Shown here piece after piece: positions 1 through 10,382 of a DNA stretch of 64,000 bases. The notes beneath the pieces are model-generated. The model saw nothing but the letters and a program-made list of their open reading frames with translations. It did no database searches and was not told the origin of the DNA. The position numbers and the translations under genes are program-made. This DNA is from Phycisphaerae bacterium (GTDB lineage: Bacteria; Planctomycetota; Phycisphaerae; UBA1845): positions 640,001 through 704,000 of the forward strand of contig CAXXGO010000003.1 of the NCBI GenBank assembly GCA_963666835.2. The letters are read 5' to 3'. Each line of letters starts with the position of its first letter. Position 1 is the first letter of the stretch.

Positions 1-291
1 CGCCATGAGGAAGTACAACAAAGCCACCGCGCCTAACGCCCCAAACAGCCAGACCGCCATACGCACGATGTTCTTACTGGCGCACACGCCCAAAGCGCAC
101 ACTACGGTCAGGATGGCACAACCGTAGAACGAGAGCACCTCGAGGATCCCACCCGGCTCCGCCGCACTGGTGACCGCCGTAGCTCCTTCGCCTGCGACCC
201 CTTCCGTGCCGTACGCGGTCGACGCCAGGGAGACCAGCAACAGCACCGGCAAAATCAGCGTTCCTTCTCTTGGACGCAAAGCCGCCAACAT
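1..291 (-). CDS. nuoJ: NADH-quinone oxidoreductase subunit J (5' part; runs off the window)
   Basis: Manual translation from ATG 291: MLAALRPREG...ILEVLSFYGCAILTVVCALGVCASKNIVRMAVWLFGALGAVALLYFLMA, a NuoJ-type N-terminus; follows nuoH. Confidence 0.8.
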   Translation of the reverse strand, partial: MLAALRPREGTLILPVLLLVSLASTAYGTEGVAGEGATAVTSAAEPGGILEVLSFYGCAILTVVCALGVCASKNIVRMAVWLFGALGAVALLYFLMA

Positions 292-389
292 GCCAAACCC
301 TTCAACTCAAGACCAACGCCCGGTTTAAACCCGGGATAACCTGTCGCATTCGCCCCCGCACAGGGGCACCCATCTTCGCCGCAGCAACC

Positions 390-2090
390 TTACGACCCGG
401 GCAACGGGTCGATTACCAGATTTCCAACCAACCGGCGGCGGTGATAGAAACCGTGTGCGGCAATCGCCACGAACCCGATCGGGAACACCGCCCCGATCAA
501 GCCGAGCAGCCAACTCACCACCTGATCGAACATCGCCCAGCCCGAGCTATCCGAACTCGACGCCCACACCCACAAGGTCGTGCCCAGCAGCAATACCATC
601 GTCAACGGCAACAGCACCTGCACGCACGCGTAAAGCACCTGGTCGATCCTGATTCGCGGCAACGTCCAGCGAATCCAGATCTGCACGAATAGGAAGAACG
701 TGGCCTTCATCACGAACCACAGCGGCCCACTGAACAGAAGCCCGTTGACCCCTCGTGCCAGTAAGTTGTCACCTAGCAGCTCGATGACCTTGTCGCCCCA
801 CGCCACCGGCAACGGCGAGTGCCAGCCGCCCAAAAACAGAATCACCGCCAAGCCGCAAACCACGAACATCGCCGCATACTCGGCGAAGAAGAACAACGCC
901 CAGCGGAATCCCGAATACTCGGTCAGGAACCCCGCCACCAGCTCACTTTCCGCCTCGGGAAGATCGAACGGAGCCCGCTTGCAGCTCGCCAAAGAGGCAA
1001 CGAAGTACGCCACAAAGGCGATGAAGGTGAACGGGTTGTCAAACGCCAGCCAACTGAACCAGCCGCCGGCCTGATACTCGCCGATGACCCGCAGGTTCAG
1101 CGACCCGACGCAAACGACCGGCACCAGCAAGGCCATCCCCATCGGAATCTCGTACGAAATCATCTGGCAGGCTTCCCGCATCCCGCCGTAGATGCTCCAT
1201 TTGTTGTTGGACGCCCAGCCACCGAGAATCACCGCCATAACCTCGACGCCCAACAGCGCCAGGATAAACACTAGTGAAACATCGAGATCGCGGAACAAGT
1301 ATGTCGCCCCAAACGGCAACACCATGTACGCGGCCGCACTGGGGATGATCGCAAAGAACGGCGCGAGCCTGAACAAAGGCCCGTCGGCCTCGGCGGGAAC
1401 CAGGTCCTCTTTGAGGACCAGCTTGATCCCGTCCGCCGGAGATTGCGCCCAGCCGTGCCACTTCCCGACCCGCATCGGGCCCAGCCGAGACTGAATACGA
1501 CCGGCAACCTTCCGCTCCCACCAAATCGCAAAGACCGGCACGATCGTAAAGAACACGATCAACGTTACCATAGAGATGACGTCGCGCACAATCGGGAACT
1601 GCAGAGGCCAGACCAGCGGGGACAGGAAATCCGGCAACATCTCCGGGAACGCCCCCGAGATTTCCGCCAGCGTCAGCGGAGCGCCGAACCAGGTGGTCAC
1701 CGCGGGGTCATTCGCCGCGTGGGCCACCGCCCCCACTTCGACCCACTCGAACAGCATATGCACGGCCCAAACACCGAAGCACGAAGCCACAAATGCGCCG
1801 ACCAGCAGGATGATGGCGACACGCAGCAACACCGGCGGCCACATCCCCCAGGTTTTCACGAAGAACGCCGCCCCCGCTGCGGCACCGGCCGTCAGCGCGG
1901 GTGCAATCACCAGAAGGAGCCAAGCCACCGGGTGTCCGTTCAATAGCGTGCCGGCCACCCAATAGCCCACCACCGCAACGATGGCGAAGAACACCGCTAC
2001 CCCCAACGCCTTCACGGGGAAGCCGTAGTTGGTCCGCTCCGATTTCTGAATCCATGGTACGGAGAACTGGGTCACAATACCGCTCCACAC
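390..2090 (-). CDS. nuoH: NADH-quinone oxidoreductase subunit H with N-terminal membrane extension
   Basis: ERKVAGRIQSRLGP, ADGIKLVLKE, GGWASNNKWS, RAPFDLPEAESELVAGFLTEYSG, WIRWTLPRIRIDQ. Confidence 0.95.
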   Translation of the reverse strand: MWSGIVTQFSVPWIQKSERTNYGFPVKALGVAVFFAIVAVVGYWVAGTLLNGHPVAWLLLVIAPALTAGAAAGAAFFVKTWGMWPPVLLRVAIILLVGAFVASCFGVWAVHMLFEWVEVGAVAHAANDPAVTTWFGAPLTLAEISGAFPEMLPDFLSPLVWPLQFPIVRDVISMVTLIVFFTIVPVFAIWWERKVAGRIQSRLGPMRVGKWHGWAQSPADGIKLVLKEDLVPAEADGPLFRLAPFFAIIPSAAAYMVLPFGATYLFRDLDVSLVFILALLGVEVMAVILGGWASNNKWSIYGGMREACQMISYEIPMGMALLVPVVCVGSLNLRVIGEYQAGGWFSWLAFDNPFTFIAFVAYFVASLASCKRAPFDLPEAESELVAGFLTEYSGFRWALFFFAEYAAMFVVCGLAVILFLGGWHSPLPVAWGDKVIELLGDNLLARGVNGLLFSGPLWFVMKATFFLFVQIWIRWTLPRIRIDQVLYACVQVLLPLTMVLLLGTTLWVWASSSDSSGWAMFDQVVSWLLGLIGAVFPIGFVAIAAHGFYHRRRLVGNLVIDPLPGS

Positions 2091-2197
2091 CTCAACTCAG
2101 GTGCGCTCGTCCTACCTAGATTAATCTCAACACTCTCGTTCGGGAGGGCCATCAGAACACCTCCCGTCATCCGGCCGTCAGGCCGCCTTTCAAACCG

Positions 2198-3394
2198 TCA
2201 ACGGTCCACTTCTCCCATAACAATGTCGATGCTGGCGATGAAAGCCGGAAGGTCCGCAATGAGGACGTCCCGACAAACATGCCCCAGAATCGACAGATTG
2301 GAGAAGCTCGGCCCGCGGGCTTTCACCCGATAGGGGATCGGAGTTCCGTCCCCCCTGACGTAGAAGCCAAGTTGGCCGCGCGGGTTCTCAACTTCAACGT
2401 AGACTTCGTCATCCGGCAACTTCAGATTCCGCAGCTTCGGCGCGATTATGTCGCCTTCCTCGAGCTGATCCAAAGCCTGGCGGATGATCCGCACCGACTG
2501 CCCCATCTCCAGTACCCGCATGAAGTACCGGCTCCAGCAGTCCCCGACCACAACACCCTCCGGGCGATCATCACCACCCGGCTGTCCGATCGGAATATCA
2601 AAATCGTATTTCTCGTAGCCGTCGTACGGACGCACCTTGCGCAGATCCCACCGTATCCCGCTGGCTCGCAGGCATACCCCGGTCAGACCATAAGCAAGCG
2701 CATCTTCGAGCGACACCACACCGACATTGGTCGTGCGCTTCAGGAAAATGTGGTTGAAGCTCAGCAGGTTGTCATAGTCCACGATCTTCGGGCCGAAGAA
2801 ATCGAGGAACTCTCGACAACGGCCCACCCATCCGTCCGGCAGATCACTACGAACGCCGCCGACGGTAATATGGCTGTAAGTCAATCGCGCTCCACACGCC
2901 GCCTCGAGCAGATCGAGAACCATCTCCCGCTCGCGGAAACACCAGGTAAACGGCGTGAACGCCCCCATGTCCAGCCCGAAACAACCCACCGTAACCAGGT
3001 GCGAGGCGATCCGATTCAACTCCGCGAAAATAACCCGCAGAGCCTGAGCCCGCGGGGGAACTTCAATCCCGCACAGCCGCTCTACCGCCACCGCATACGC
3101 CTGGTTGTTGTTCATCCCGGAGAGGTAATCCATCCGGTCCGTGTACGGAATGAACTGGAAGGGCTGCAGGGACTCGCCGATCTTCTCCGCACAGCGGTGC
3201 AGGTAACCTAGGTGCGGGACGGCCTCGAGCACCATCTCCCCGTCGGTCCGCAGAACCACGCGGAGCACCCCGTGCGTCGCCGGGTGCTGCGGCCCCATGT
3301 TGACCAGCATTTCCTCCGTGCGCAGGTCACCCTGCTCCACGCGATTGCAGTCGATCAACACGTCCGGGCTGGATTGAATAACAGTTTCAGCCAT
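2198..3394 (-). CDS. nuoD: NADH-quinone oxidoreductase subunit D
   Basis: NMGPQHPATHGVLR, GYLHRCAEK, RMDYL, C-terminal DIVMGEVDR; no NiFe-binding CxxC pairs. Confidence 0.95.
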   Translation of the reverse strand: MAETVIQSSPDVLIDCNRVEQGDLRTEEMLVNMGPQHPATHGVLRVVLRTDGEMVLEAVPHLGYLHRCAEKIGESLQPFQFIPYTDRMDYLSGMNNNQAYAVAVERLCGIEVPPRAQALRVIFAELNRIASHLVTVGCFGLDMGAFTPFTWCFREREMVLDLLEAACGARLTYSHITVGGVRSDLPDGWVGRCREFLDFFGPKIVDYDNLLSFNHIFLKRTTNVGVVSLEDALAYGLTGVCLRASGIRWDLRKVRPYDGYEKYDFDIPIGQPGGDDRPEGVVVGDCWSRYFMRVLEMGQSVRIIRQALDQLEEGDIIAPKLRNLKLPDDEVYVEVENPRGQLGFYVRGDGTPIPYRVKARGPSFSNLSILGHVCRDVLIADLPAFIASIDIVMGEVDR

Positions 3395-3413
3395 GTTCTT
3401 TGCCGCTTTGACC

Positions 3414-3947
3414 TCAGTGTCGCGGGTTCGTCAGCTCACACTCGGTAGTCCCGGGAATCCCGTGGTACTCCAACGGGAACTCATAGTCCTTGCGCAGCGG
3501 ATGCCCCACCCAATCGTCCGGGCAGAGAATTCGCCGCAAGTCGGGATGTCCGCTGAAACGGATCCCCATCAAGTCAAACGCCTCGCGCTCGTGCCAGTTC
3601 GCCGTCGGCCACAACTGGGCCACGGACGGAATCACCGGATCAGCCGCGTCGATCACCACGCGTACCGCAAACTCGCAGGTCCCGGCCGGCAGCTCCGTAA
3701 GATTCGACGTCGGGAGCTGGTCAAAATCATAAACGCACGCGAGCTTTCCGTCGGCCACCAGATCCAACGAGGTCACCGCCCGCAGGAAGTTGAACGCCAG
3801 CCGGGCATCATCACGCAGGAACTTCGCGACCTCGAGCCAGCGGGCGACGTCGACCTGGACATAAGGATGACCGCCGTCCAGAACGATCTCAACGATCGCC
3901 TCGCCGAACTCCGACTTCAACAGCTTGCTGATCTCTTCGGGCGTCAT
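3414..3947 (-). CDS. nuoC: NADH-quinone oxidoreductase subunit C
   Basis: [36 protein letters not shown]; start set at ATG 3947 (MTPEEI), just after the nuoB stop. Confidence 0.93.
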   Translation of the reverse strand: MTPEEISKLLKSEFGEAIVEIVLDGGHPYVQVDVARWLEVAKFLRDDARLAFNFLRAVTSLDLVADGKLACVYDFDQLPTSNLTELPAGTCEFAVRVVIDAADPVIPSVAQLWPTANWHEREAFDLMGIRFSGHPDLRRILCPDDWVGHPLRKDYEFPLEYHGIPGTTECELTNPRH

Positions 3948-3952
3948 GAAAC

Positions 3953-4471
3953 CTATCCCTGCACCGTTTCCGTTATCTTCGTAACCGGCCGCTTCGCCCG
4001 GCTCTGATGGCGAATCTGATCCTGCAAACGCATCAGCCCTTCCAGGAGACTTTCCGGACGCGGCGGGCAACCGGGCACATAAACGTCCACCGGCACGATC
4101 AGGTCCACACCCTTAACGATGCCGTATCCATACTTGAAGTACGGCCCGCCGCCAACCGTGCACGCCCCCATCGCCATTACGTACTTCGGCTCGGGCATCT
4201 GGTTGTAAAGGCGCTTCAGCCGCGCCGCCATCTTGTAGGTGACCGTGCCGGCCACGATCATCAGATCAGCTTGTCGCGGCGTCGCCCTAAAGGCACCCGC
4301 CCCGAACCGGTCCATATCAAACCGCGATGCACCCGTGGCCATCATCTCGATGGCGCAGCATGCCAGGCCGAAAGTCATCGGCCAGAGGCTGTTACTGCGT
4401 CCCCAGTTGATCGCCCAGTCCACCGTTGTCATGATCACGCCGTCATCGACGCGATTCTCAATCCAACTCAT
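3953..4471 (-). CDS. nuoB: NADH-quinone oxidoreductase subunit B
   Basis: [39 protein letters not shown]. Confidence 0.96.
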   Translation of the reverse strand: MSWIENRVDDGVIMTTVDWAINWGRSNSLWPMTFGLACCAIEMMATGASRFDMDRFGAGAFRATPRQADLMIVAGTVTYKMAARLKRLYNQMPEPKYVMAMGACTVGGGPYFKYGYGIVKGVDLIVPVDVYVPGCPPRPESLLEGLMRLQDQIRHQSRAKRPVTKITETVQG

Positions 4472-4513
4472 CTCGCAGCTCCGACCAGATACCTCGCTGG
4501 TCTACCGGTCGCA

Positions 4514-4990
4514 TTACTCCGCATCCGACTCTGTTTGCGCCGTTGTAGCCCGAACCCAGTTCAGGTACCCGGACTTCCACTCATACATGAACGGAATCGC
4601 AATCAGCAGGAAGAACACAAGAAACGCCCAGAATGCCGGCGTGCCTATATCCCTGAAAACCACCGCCCAAGGCCACAGAAGCGCGACCTCTACGTCGAAC
4701 ACGATGAAGACCAACGCTACCGTATAGAAACGCAGGTCAAACTGGACCCAACCGTCCCCAACCGCCGGCTCACCGCATTCGTAGGCCGTGCCCTTCTCCG
4801 GATGCGGTGCCGTCGGACGCACAAACCGCCCGGCTGTCAACCCCCCGAACCCGATTACGAACCCCGCGACCACGAACAGAAACAGTCCGACAATCAACTC
4901 GACGTTCGTGTTCGCATGAACGGTCGACGACTCCGCCGCTACCAACGCTGGAGCCAAAGTCGACATCGCACTAATCAGCATAGTTGCCAC
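4514..4990 (-). CDS. nuoA: NADH-quinone oxidoreductase subunit A
   Basis: KGTAYECGE, RFYTVALVFIVFDVE, YEWKSGYLNW. Confidence 0.93.
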   Translation of the reverse strand: MATMLISAMSTLAPALVAAESSTVHANTNVELIVGLFLFVVAGFVIGFGGLTAGRFVRPTAPHPEKGTAYECGEPAVGDGWVQFDLRFYTVALVFIVFDVEVALLWPWAVVFRDIGTPAFWAFLVFFLLIAIPFMYEWKSGYLNWVRATTAQTESDAE

Positions 4991-5024
4991 CGCGGTCTCT
5001 CCACCCGGCCATCAAGCCGAGCTT

Positions 5025-5657
5025 CTATTCCTTTTTCGCGATTTCAGATGGTTCAAGGGCCTTCCGCATCAGCTCCCGGCGCTGCTCGGGCGGGCCACCC
5101 GGAGCATCGGACGTGTGGGCAAGGTCGACCCACTCCTGCTTGCGCTGCCGAACCCACTCGGGGGGACTGTCCTTCTGCATCCAGAGCGGCTGCGGCGTCT
5201 GGAGGCCCTTGGCGGCCAACTCGGTGAATTCGACGATCATGCTCTGCCGATCGTAAGCCGCCATATCGTGGATGTTGCCCATGTGGATGCAGGACGTCGG
5301 GCACGGCTCCGTGCACAATCCACAGAACATGCACTTGGCGTAGTCGATTGCGTACCGCGTCATCGCCCCGCCGACCGCTACCCCGGACTCCTTATCAATC
5401 TTCCGCGGCCCCGACTTTTCGATGTAGATGCAGTCCACCGGGCACGCCCGGGCACACTGATCGCACGCGATGCAGCGTTCGATCTCGTAATAGTGGAACC
5501 CACGATACTGCGGCTGCAGGACCGGCGGGGTATCCGGGTATTGAACGGTAACCGTCTTGGCAAAACAGTACTTCAGCGAGACCCGCATGCCCACGAGAAT
5601 GCTGTACACCGCCCGCCAGACGTTGAAAACGTAGTCGTAAACCGGGTTGTTCTGCAT
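5025..5657 (-). CDS. nuoI: NADH-quinone oxidoreductase subunit I (2x[4Fe-4S])
   Basis: TVQYP..YRGFH, CIACDQCARACP, IDYAKCMFCGLCTEPCP. Confidence 0.9.
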   Translation of the reverse strand: MQNNPVYDYVFNVWRAVYSILVGMRVSLKYCFAKTVTVQYPDTPPVLQPQYRGFHYYEIERCIACDQCARACPVDCIYIEKSGPRKIDKESGVAVGGAMTRYAIDYAKCMFCGLCTEPCPTSCIHMGNIHDMAAYDRQSMIVEFTELAAKGLQTPQPLWMQKDSPPEWVRQRKQEWVDLAHTSDAPGGPPEQRRELMRKALEPSEIAKKE

Positions 5658-5735
5658 TTATGGAGGACTCGAAAAAGGCCCAAACGAGCCGCGCCTACAC
5701 CCGCAACCGCTTCGCCGCGCTGACAAAACGCGGCG

Positions 5736-5764
5736 ATTCTAGGGCTTTGCCCAACAGACTTCAA
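5736..5764 (-). promoter_or_regulatory. Putative sigma70 promoter of the nuo operon
   Basis: Minus strand TTGAAG-N17-TAGAAT, about 80 bp upstream of the nuoI ATG. Confidence 0.5.
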
Positions 5765-5924
5765 CAGCCCCACGCAAAACGCCGCCATCTGCAACCGTTG
5801 CCGCCCTCGCCGCTCGCTCGACCAACAACCGATGCTCGCCAAAAAGACTACAAAAACAGGGCAACCATGGCCAACCCGGCCCTAAACAAGCGAAACCGGG
5901 AGTCGGAAGCACATCCAACCTTCT

Positions 5925-7183
5925 CTAATCCACCGGGCTTTCCGCCAAGCACAACCGCAGGAGATTCAACGCAACCTTGCAGCTTCGGTCCCGGATCTCC
6001 CTGCGGCTCAGATGCTCACCCAGAAGAACGCGCTTCACGTCCACGGTCCGGGCATCCGCCAACCCGATGAAAACCAGCCCCACCGGCTTAGCCGGCGGAG
6101 CACCGCCGGTCGGGCCGGCAATTCCGGTTATCGCCAGAGCAAAATCCGTACCAGCCGTCGCCCGGCAGCCGATCGCCATCGCCCGGGCGACGGGCTCGCT
6201 GACCGCTCCTTCCGCCTCGATCATCGCCGCCGGCACGTTCAGAAGCTCGATCTTCGCCTCATTTGAGTACGTCACCAGACCGCGAACAAAATAAGCGCTA
6301 CTGCCCGAGATATCCGTCAGTTGCTTGGCCAACAGCCCGCCGGTGCAAGATTCGGCCGTCGCCACCGTTCTGCCTTGCTCCAACAGCAGCCCGGCCACAA
6401 CTTCCGCAAGAGACACCTCGCCGTCTCCAAAAACGGCCCGGCCCAGCCGCTGGCGTACTTCGGCCACATCGGAATCCAGCAACCGCTCCACGGCCGCCTC
6501 ATCCAAGCCTTCAGCCGTGAGCCGAACGGTGATAACGGCGTCGGAAGCCGTGGTCCCGACCAGCGGGTTTCGACCTCGGACCATGTAGGGTCAGCCAGGC
6601 GCTCGCCGACCCGCGCTTCGGCCATCCCAAAGCACCTAATCTGCCTACTTCGCACGATGGACCCAATCGAACAACCGACCAGAGTGGGGGCAATCGCCTC
6701 CCGGAACATGGCTTTCATCTCAGACGGAACCCCGGGGAGGGCATACAGCCGCTTCTGACCGGACGTGTAGGCGATCCCCGGAGCCGTGCCTCGGAGATTG
6801 GGGATCATCTTACATCCGCTGGGGATCATAGCCTGCACCGTATTCGCCTCGTCGAACGGCCGCTGCCACCGTTCGAACATCGCCCGGATCTGTCGCAACG
6901 CTTCAGGATTCTCTTCCAAGGGCCGGCCGACCGCCGCGGCGACGCCCTGCCGGGTAAGATCGTCGGCCGTCGGGCCCAGACCGCCGCTGACAATCACGAG
7001 ATCCGCATTACTCAGCCCGCCGGTGATTGCCCCGCAGATTCGCTCGACGTCATCCCCCACCGTAACGTGCGCGATGGTATGCACGCCCACTCGCGTCAAC
7101 TCTTCGGACAACCAAGCCGAATTCGTATCGATACAGGCTCCGGTGATCAACTCGTGCCCGACGCTGACGATTGTGGCATCCAT
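5925..7183 (-). CDS. cinA: Competence/damage-inducible protein A (MoCF/ADP-ribose pyrophosphatase + NMN deamidase domains); apparent frameshift at ~6585-6590
   Basis: N-half SVGHELITG..IDTNS, SGGLGPTADDLTR, LPGVPSEM; C-half TAESCTGG, TYSNEAK, GAVSE, ITGIAGPTGG in another frame. Confidence 0.88.
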
Positions 7184-7347
7184 GGTGGGGATAAGCCTAA
7201 CACACCCTGAGCCGCTCGCAAACACCAAGACTGGTACTTACGTGGCACCGAAGGTCGGAACAGGATATAGTCTGTTAGGCTCCCGGCCGATCCATAGAGG
7301 GTAGACCGCGTAAGGCCGGGCGGCGTCAATCGTCGAGCGGCCCGTTC

Positions 7348-8398
7348 ATGGACTGGAGTTGTCATGCGACCGTCACAGAAAGCGGCCCAACCGCAGTCTC
7401 GGGAAAACGCAAGTCAATACGCCTGCTGTTCACCTGCATCGGACGGCGTGTTGAGCTGCTCAATACCTTCCGGCGAGCGGGCGAAGAACTGGGTATCGAC
7501 CTCGAAATTCACGGGGCGGACGCGACGCAACTGTCCCCGGCCATACACCGGGTCGACAAAGCTCATCTCGTCGGGCGAATCTCCTCCGGAAGCTATATCG
7601 AAGAACTCGCCGCGATCGTCCGCCGTTACAAGATCGACCTTCTCATCCCCCCTGATCGATCCGGAACTGCCCCTGATCGCCGCCGCAACGAAGCGGCTTG
7701 CCGATCTGGGCTGCCGCGCGTTTAGTCTCCTCGGAAGAGGTTGTGCGAATCTGCCAGGACAAGCTCGCCACGTTCACCACGCTCAAGCAGGCCGGCATCG
7801 ATGCTCCGACCACCTGGACGTGGGCCGAGGCCCTCAAGCGCAAAAACCACCGCTTCCCACTGTTCATGAAACCGCGGACGGGAAGCGCCGCCGTGGGCAA
7901 CTACGTCATCAACAACGTCGCCGAACTGAAGACGTTCGGCCGGCGCGTGTCTTATGCCATCGTCCAGGAATTCGTCAAGGGTGCGGAACACACCCTCGAC
8001 GTCTACACCGGATTCGATGGCCGGCCCCGGTGACATCGTGCCCCGCAAGCGCCTTGAAGTGCGCACCGGAGAGGTCAGCAAGGGAGTGATCGTCAAGGGA
8101 CAAAGCCATCATGGGGGTCGGTCGGCACGTTGCCGAAGTTCTCGGCGACTGCCGCGGTGTTGTCACCGTGCAGTGCATGCTGACCCCCCGGGGTCGGATC
8201 CGGGTAATCGAAATCAACCCGCGGCTCGGCGGCGGCGCCCCTCTGTCAATCCACGCGGGCGCCAACTTCCCGAAGTGGATTCTCATGGAACAGCTTGGCC
8301 GCAAGCCTCGCATCACTCCGCTGGGCTTCCGCGATGACATCGCCATGCTGCGATACGATGAATCCGTGTTCGTCCCCCGAGCTTCGCGACTGCAATAG
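7348..8398 (+). CDS. ATP-grasp (carbamoyl-phosphate-synthase-like) protein with four apparent +1 frameshifts; start uncertain
   Basis: Consecutive ORF fragments join as LLFTCIGRRVELL...IDLLIPLIDPEL...CQDKLAT...FPLFMKPRTGS...IVQEFVKG.E.TLD...IVPRKRLEVRTGEVSKG...IEINPRLGGG. Confidence 0.8.
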
Positions 8399-8437
8399 GA
8401 TCGCCGATTGAGAGAAACCCGGACGGGCCTTCTTACG

Positions 8438-9114
8438 ATGCCAATCACCGCCCTTCTTTTCGACCTTGACGATACGCTCTACGCCGAACGCGACTACACG
8501 TTCAGCGGCTTCGCGGCGGTTGCGGTAGCATTCGCGGATCGCCTGGGCGAACCCGCCCAAACCGCACTCGACATGCGCCACCTGTTCGACAGTGAGCAAC
8601 GCCGACGCTGTGTTCAATGAAGTGCTGACCATGCGGGGGCTCTCCGACGAGCCGAAGCTCGTAAAGGCCATGATCGACATCTACCGTACCCACCGCCCGA
8701 CGATCAAGCTCCTCCCCGACGCCGAAGCGGCTCTTTGCCGGTTCCACGGCCGCTACCGACTGGGCCTCATTACGGACGGACCGGCCGTGATGCAATCGGC
8801 CAAAGTCGAAGCCCTCGGCCTGCGATCGCGTATGGACGCTGTAATTCTGACTGACGAGCTCGGCCCGGTGTCTGGGCAAACCGCACCGCCGTTCGTTCGA
8901 GATGATAAGCACACAGCTTGGGGCAAGTGGCGAGGAATGCGCGTATGTTGCGGACAACGTGTCGAAGGATTTCGTTGCCCCGAACACGCTGGGCTGGCGC
9001 AGCATCCGGATAGTCCGCCCCGACGGCGTGTATCGCGATGTCCCGGCCGCCGCCGGTGGCAGTCCAGACCACGAAATCGAGTCACTCGACGAGCTGGACG
9101 TCCTACTGGCCTGA
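8438..9114 (+). CDS. HAD-superfamily hydrolase with two apparent +1 frameshifts
   Basis: Motif I LLFDLDDTLY, motif II LGLITDG, restored GKPH, motif IV YVADNVSKDF.APNTLGW. Confidence 0.82.
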
Positions 9115-9483
9115 TCAGCCCCGGTACTCGCAACGGGAACTGTCCGTTTCTGCGACATTAATCTGGGCAAGCACCGGCAATCCCGGCTTGAGCCGAGCCC
9201 AGAGCCAGCGGGCGAGGTTCTCTACCGTGGGGTTCTCCAACCCCTCGATGTCGTTCAGGTACTTGTGGTCCAGCTCGCTCAGGACCGGGGCGAACGCTTG
9301 CTTCAGCTCGGCAAAATCAATCAGCCAGCCGGTCTCGGGATCGATCCGTCCCTCACAGACCAGCGCAACTCGGAAGCTGTGCCCGTGCATTTGCCGGCAC
9401 TTGTGCCCGTCGGGCACATTAGGCAGATGATGAGCCGCCTCAAAAGAGAAATCACGAACCAGCCGAACCGTATCACTCGCCAT
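9115..9483 (-). CDS. queD: 6-carboxytetrahydropterin synthase
   Basis: [51 protein letters not shown]. Confidence 0.93.
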   Translation of the reverse strand: MASDTVRLVRDFSFEAAHHLPNVPDGHKCRQMHGHSFRVALVCEGRIDPETGWLIDFAELKQAFAPVLSELDHKYLNDIEGLENPTVENLARWLWARLKPGLPVLAQINVAETDSSRCEYRG

Positions 9484-9656
9484 GTCTTCGATCTCCAGAT
9501 CCCGCCCCCGTGCGTCTGCCGCACCGCCCTTCTGCCGCACGATCTCAGTCTACCCGAAGCAGGGCCAACGCGTCAGCCAGCTTGCCCGCATCGCACCCCA
9601 ATCGTACGATCCTGGACGTACTGGCTCGCTTGTTATCTTGCCGATGCGGAAAGCTA

Positions 9657-10211
9657 ATGGACCTGAAACGAATAGAGGAAGCGGTAAAGGAAATCCTGAT
9701 CGCCGTCGGCGAAGACCCCAACCGGGAAGGCTTACGGAAGACGCCGACCCGCGTGGCCCGGATGTATGAGGAGATGTTCAGTGGCCTGGGCAAGGATCCG
9801 GGCGAGCATCTTCAGACGAGCTTCAGTGAGCAGTATGACGAGCTCGTGGTCCTGCGTGACATCCCGCTCAACTCGATCTGCGAGCATCACCTCATGCCGT
9901 TCGAAGGCAAGGCTCACGTGGCTTATCTGCCCGATGGACGTGTGGTCGGCATCTCGAAGCTCGCTCGCGTCGTAGACGGATTCGCCCGGCGCCCGCAGGT
10001 GCAGGAGCGCCTGACTTCGCAAATCGCCGACCTGCTCATGGATAGCCTGCAGGCGAAAGGGGTGGCCGTCGTCATCCGGGCTACCCACACCTGCATGACC
10101 TGCCGTGGTATCAAGAAAGCCGGCAGCGTCATGGTGACATCCGCCGTTAAGGGCCGCTGCCGCAGCGATGCTCGGACGCGTAGTGAAGTCATGTCGCTGC
10201 TGCACGATTAA
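9657..10211 (+). CDS. folE: GTP cyclohydrolase I
   Basis: [51 protein letters not shown]. Confidence 0.96.
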   Translation: MDLKRIEEAVKEILIAVGEDPNREGLRKTPTRVARMYEEMFSGLGKDPGEHLQTSFSEQYDELVVLRDIPLNSICEHHLMPFEGKAHVAYLPDGRVVGISKLARVVDGFARRPQVQERLTSQIADLLMDSLQAKGVAVVIRATHTCMTCRGIKKAGSVMVTSAVKGRCRSDARTRSEVMSLLHD

Positions 10212-10240
10212 GTGAGTGAGCAAGTTTCCCCATCCGGCGG

Positions 10241-10256
10241 TGCTTAATAATAAGCA
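10241..10256. promoter_or_regulatory. Palindromic operator candidate upstream of the exporter operon
   Basis: AT-rich inverted repeat TGCTTA-N4-TAAGCA. Confidence 0.35.
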
Positions 10257-10382
10257 GGCTCGGCAGTTGCGGTGTGCGCAGAGTACGCCACCGGGTCATA
10301 AGACAAGAACCCCTGATCCGGAGAATCCGGCGGCTCGCTTATCATGTGGACTGGACGTCTTCGACACGGCGGAGAACATGTA

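Noticed and set aside
2198..4471. Group 4 NiFe hydrogenase
   Set aside because: The large subunit lacks both CxxC motifs and ends in GEVDR; the small subunit has the adjacent CC typical of NuoB.
8031..8033. In-frame TGA at a Cys-like position in the ATP-grasp gene as selenocysteine
   Set aside because: The reading frame also shifts there; deleting one A restores TGC ATC GTG, matching the neighbouring insertion errors.
5925..9114. Three true pseudogenes or programmed frameshifting
   Set aside because: All lesions are repairable as insertions confined to one patch, with motifs intact and no consistent slippery site; sequencing error is more parsimonious.
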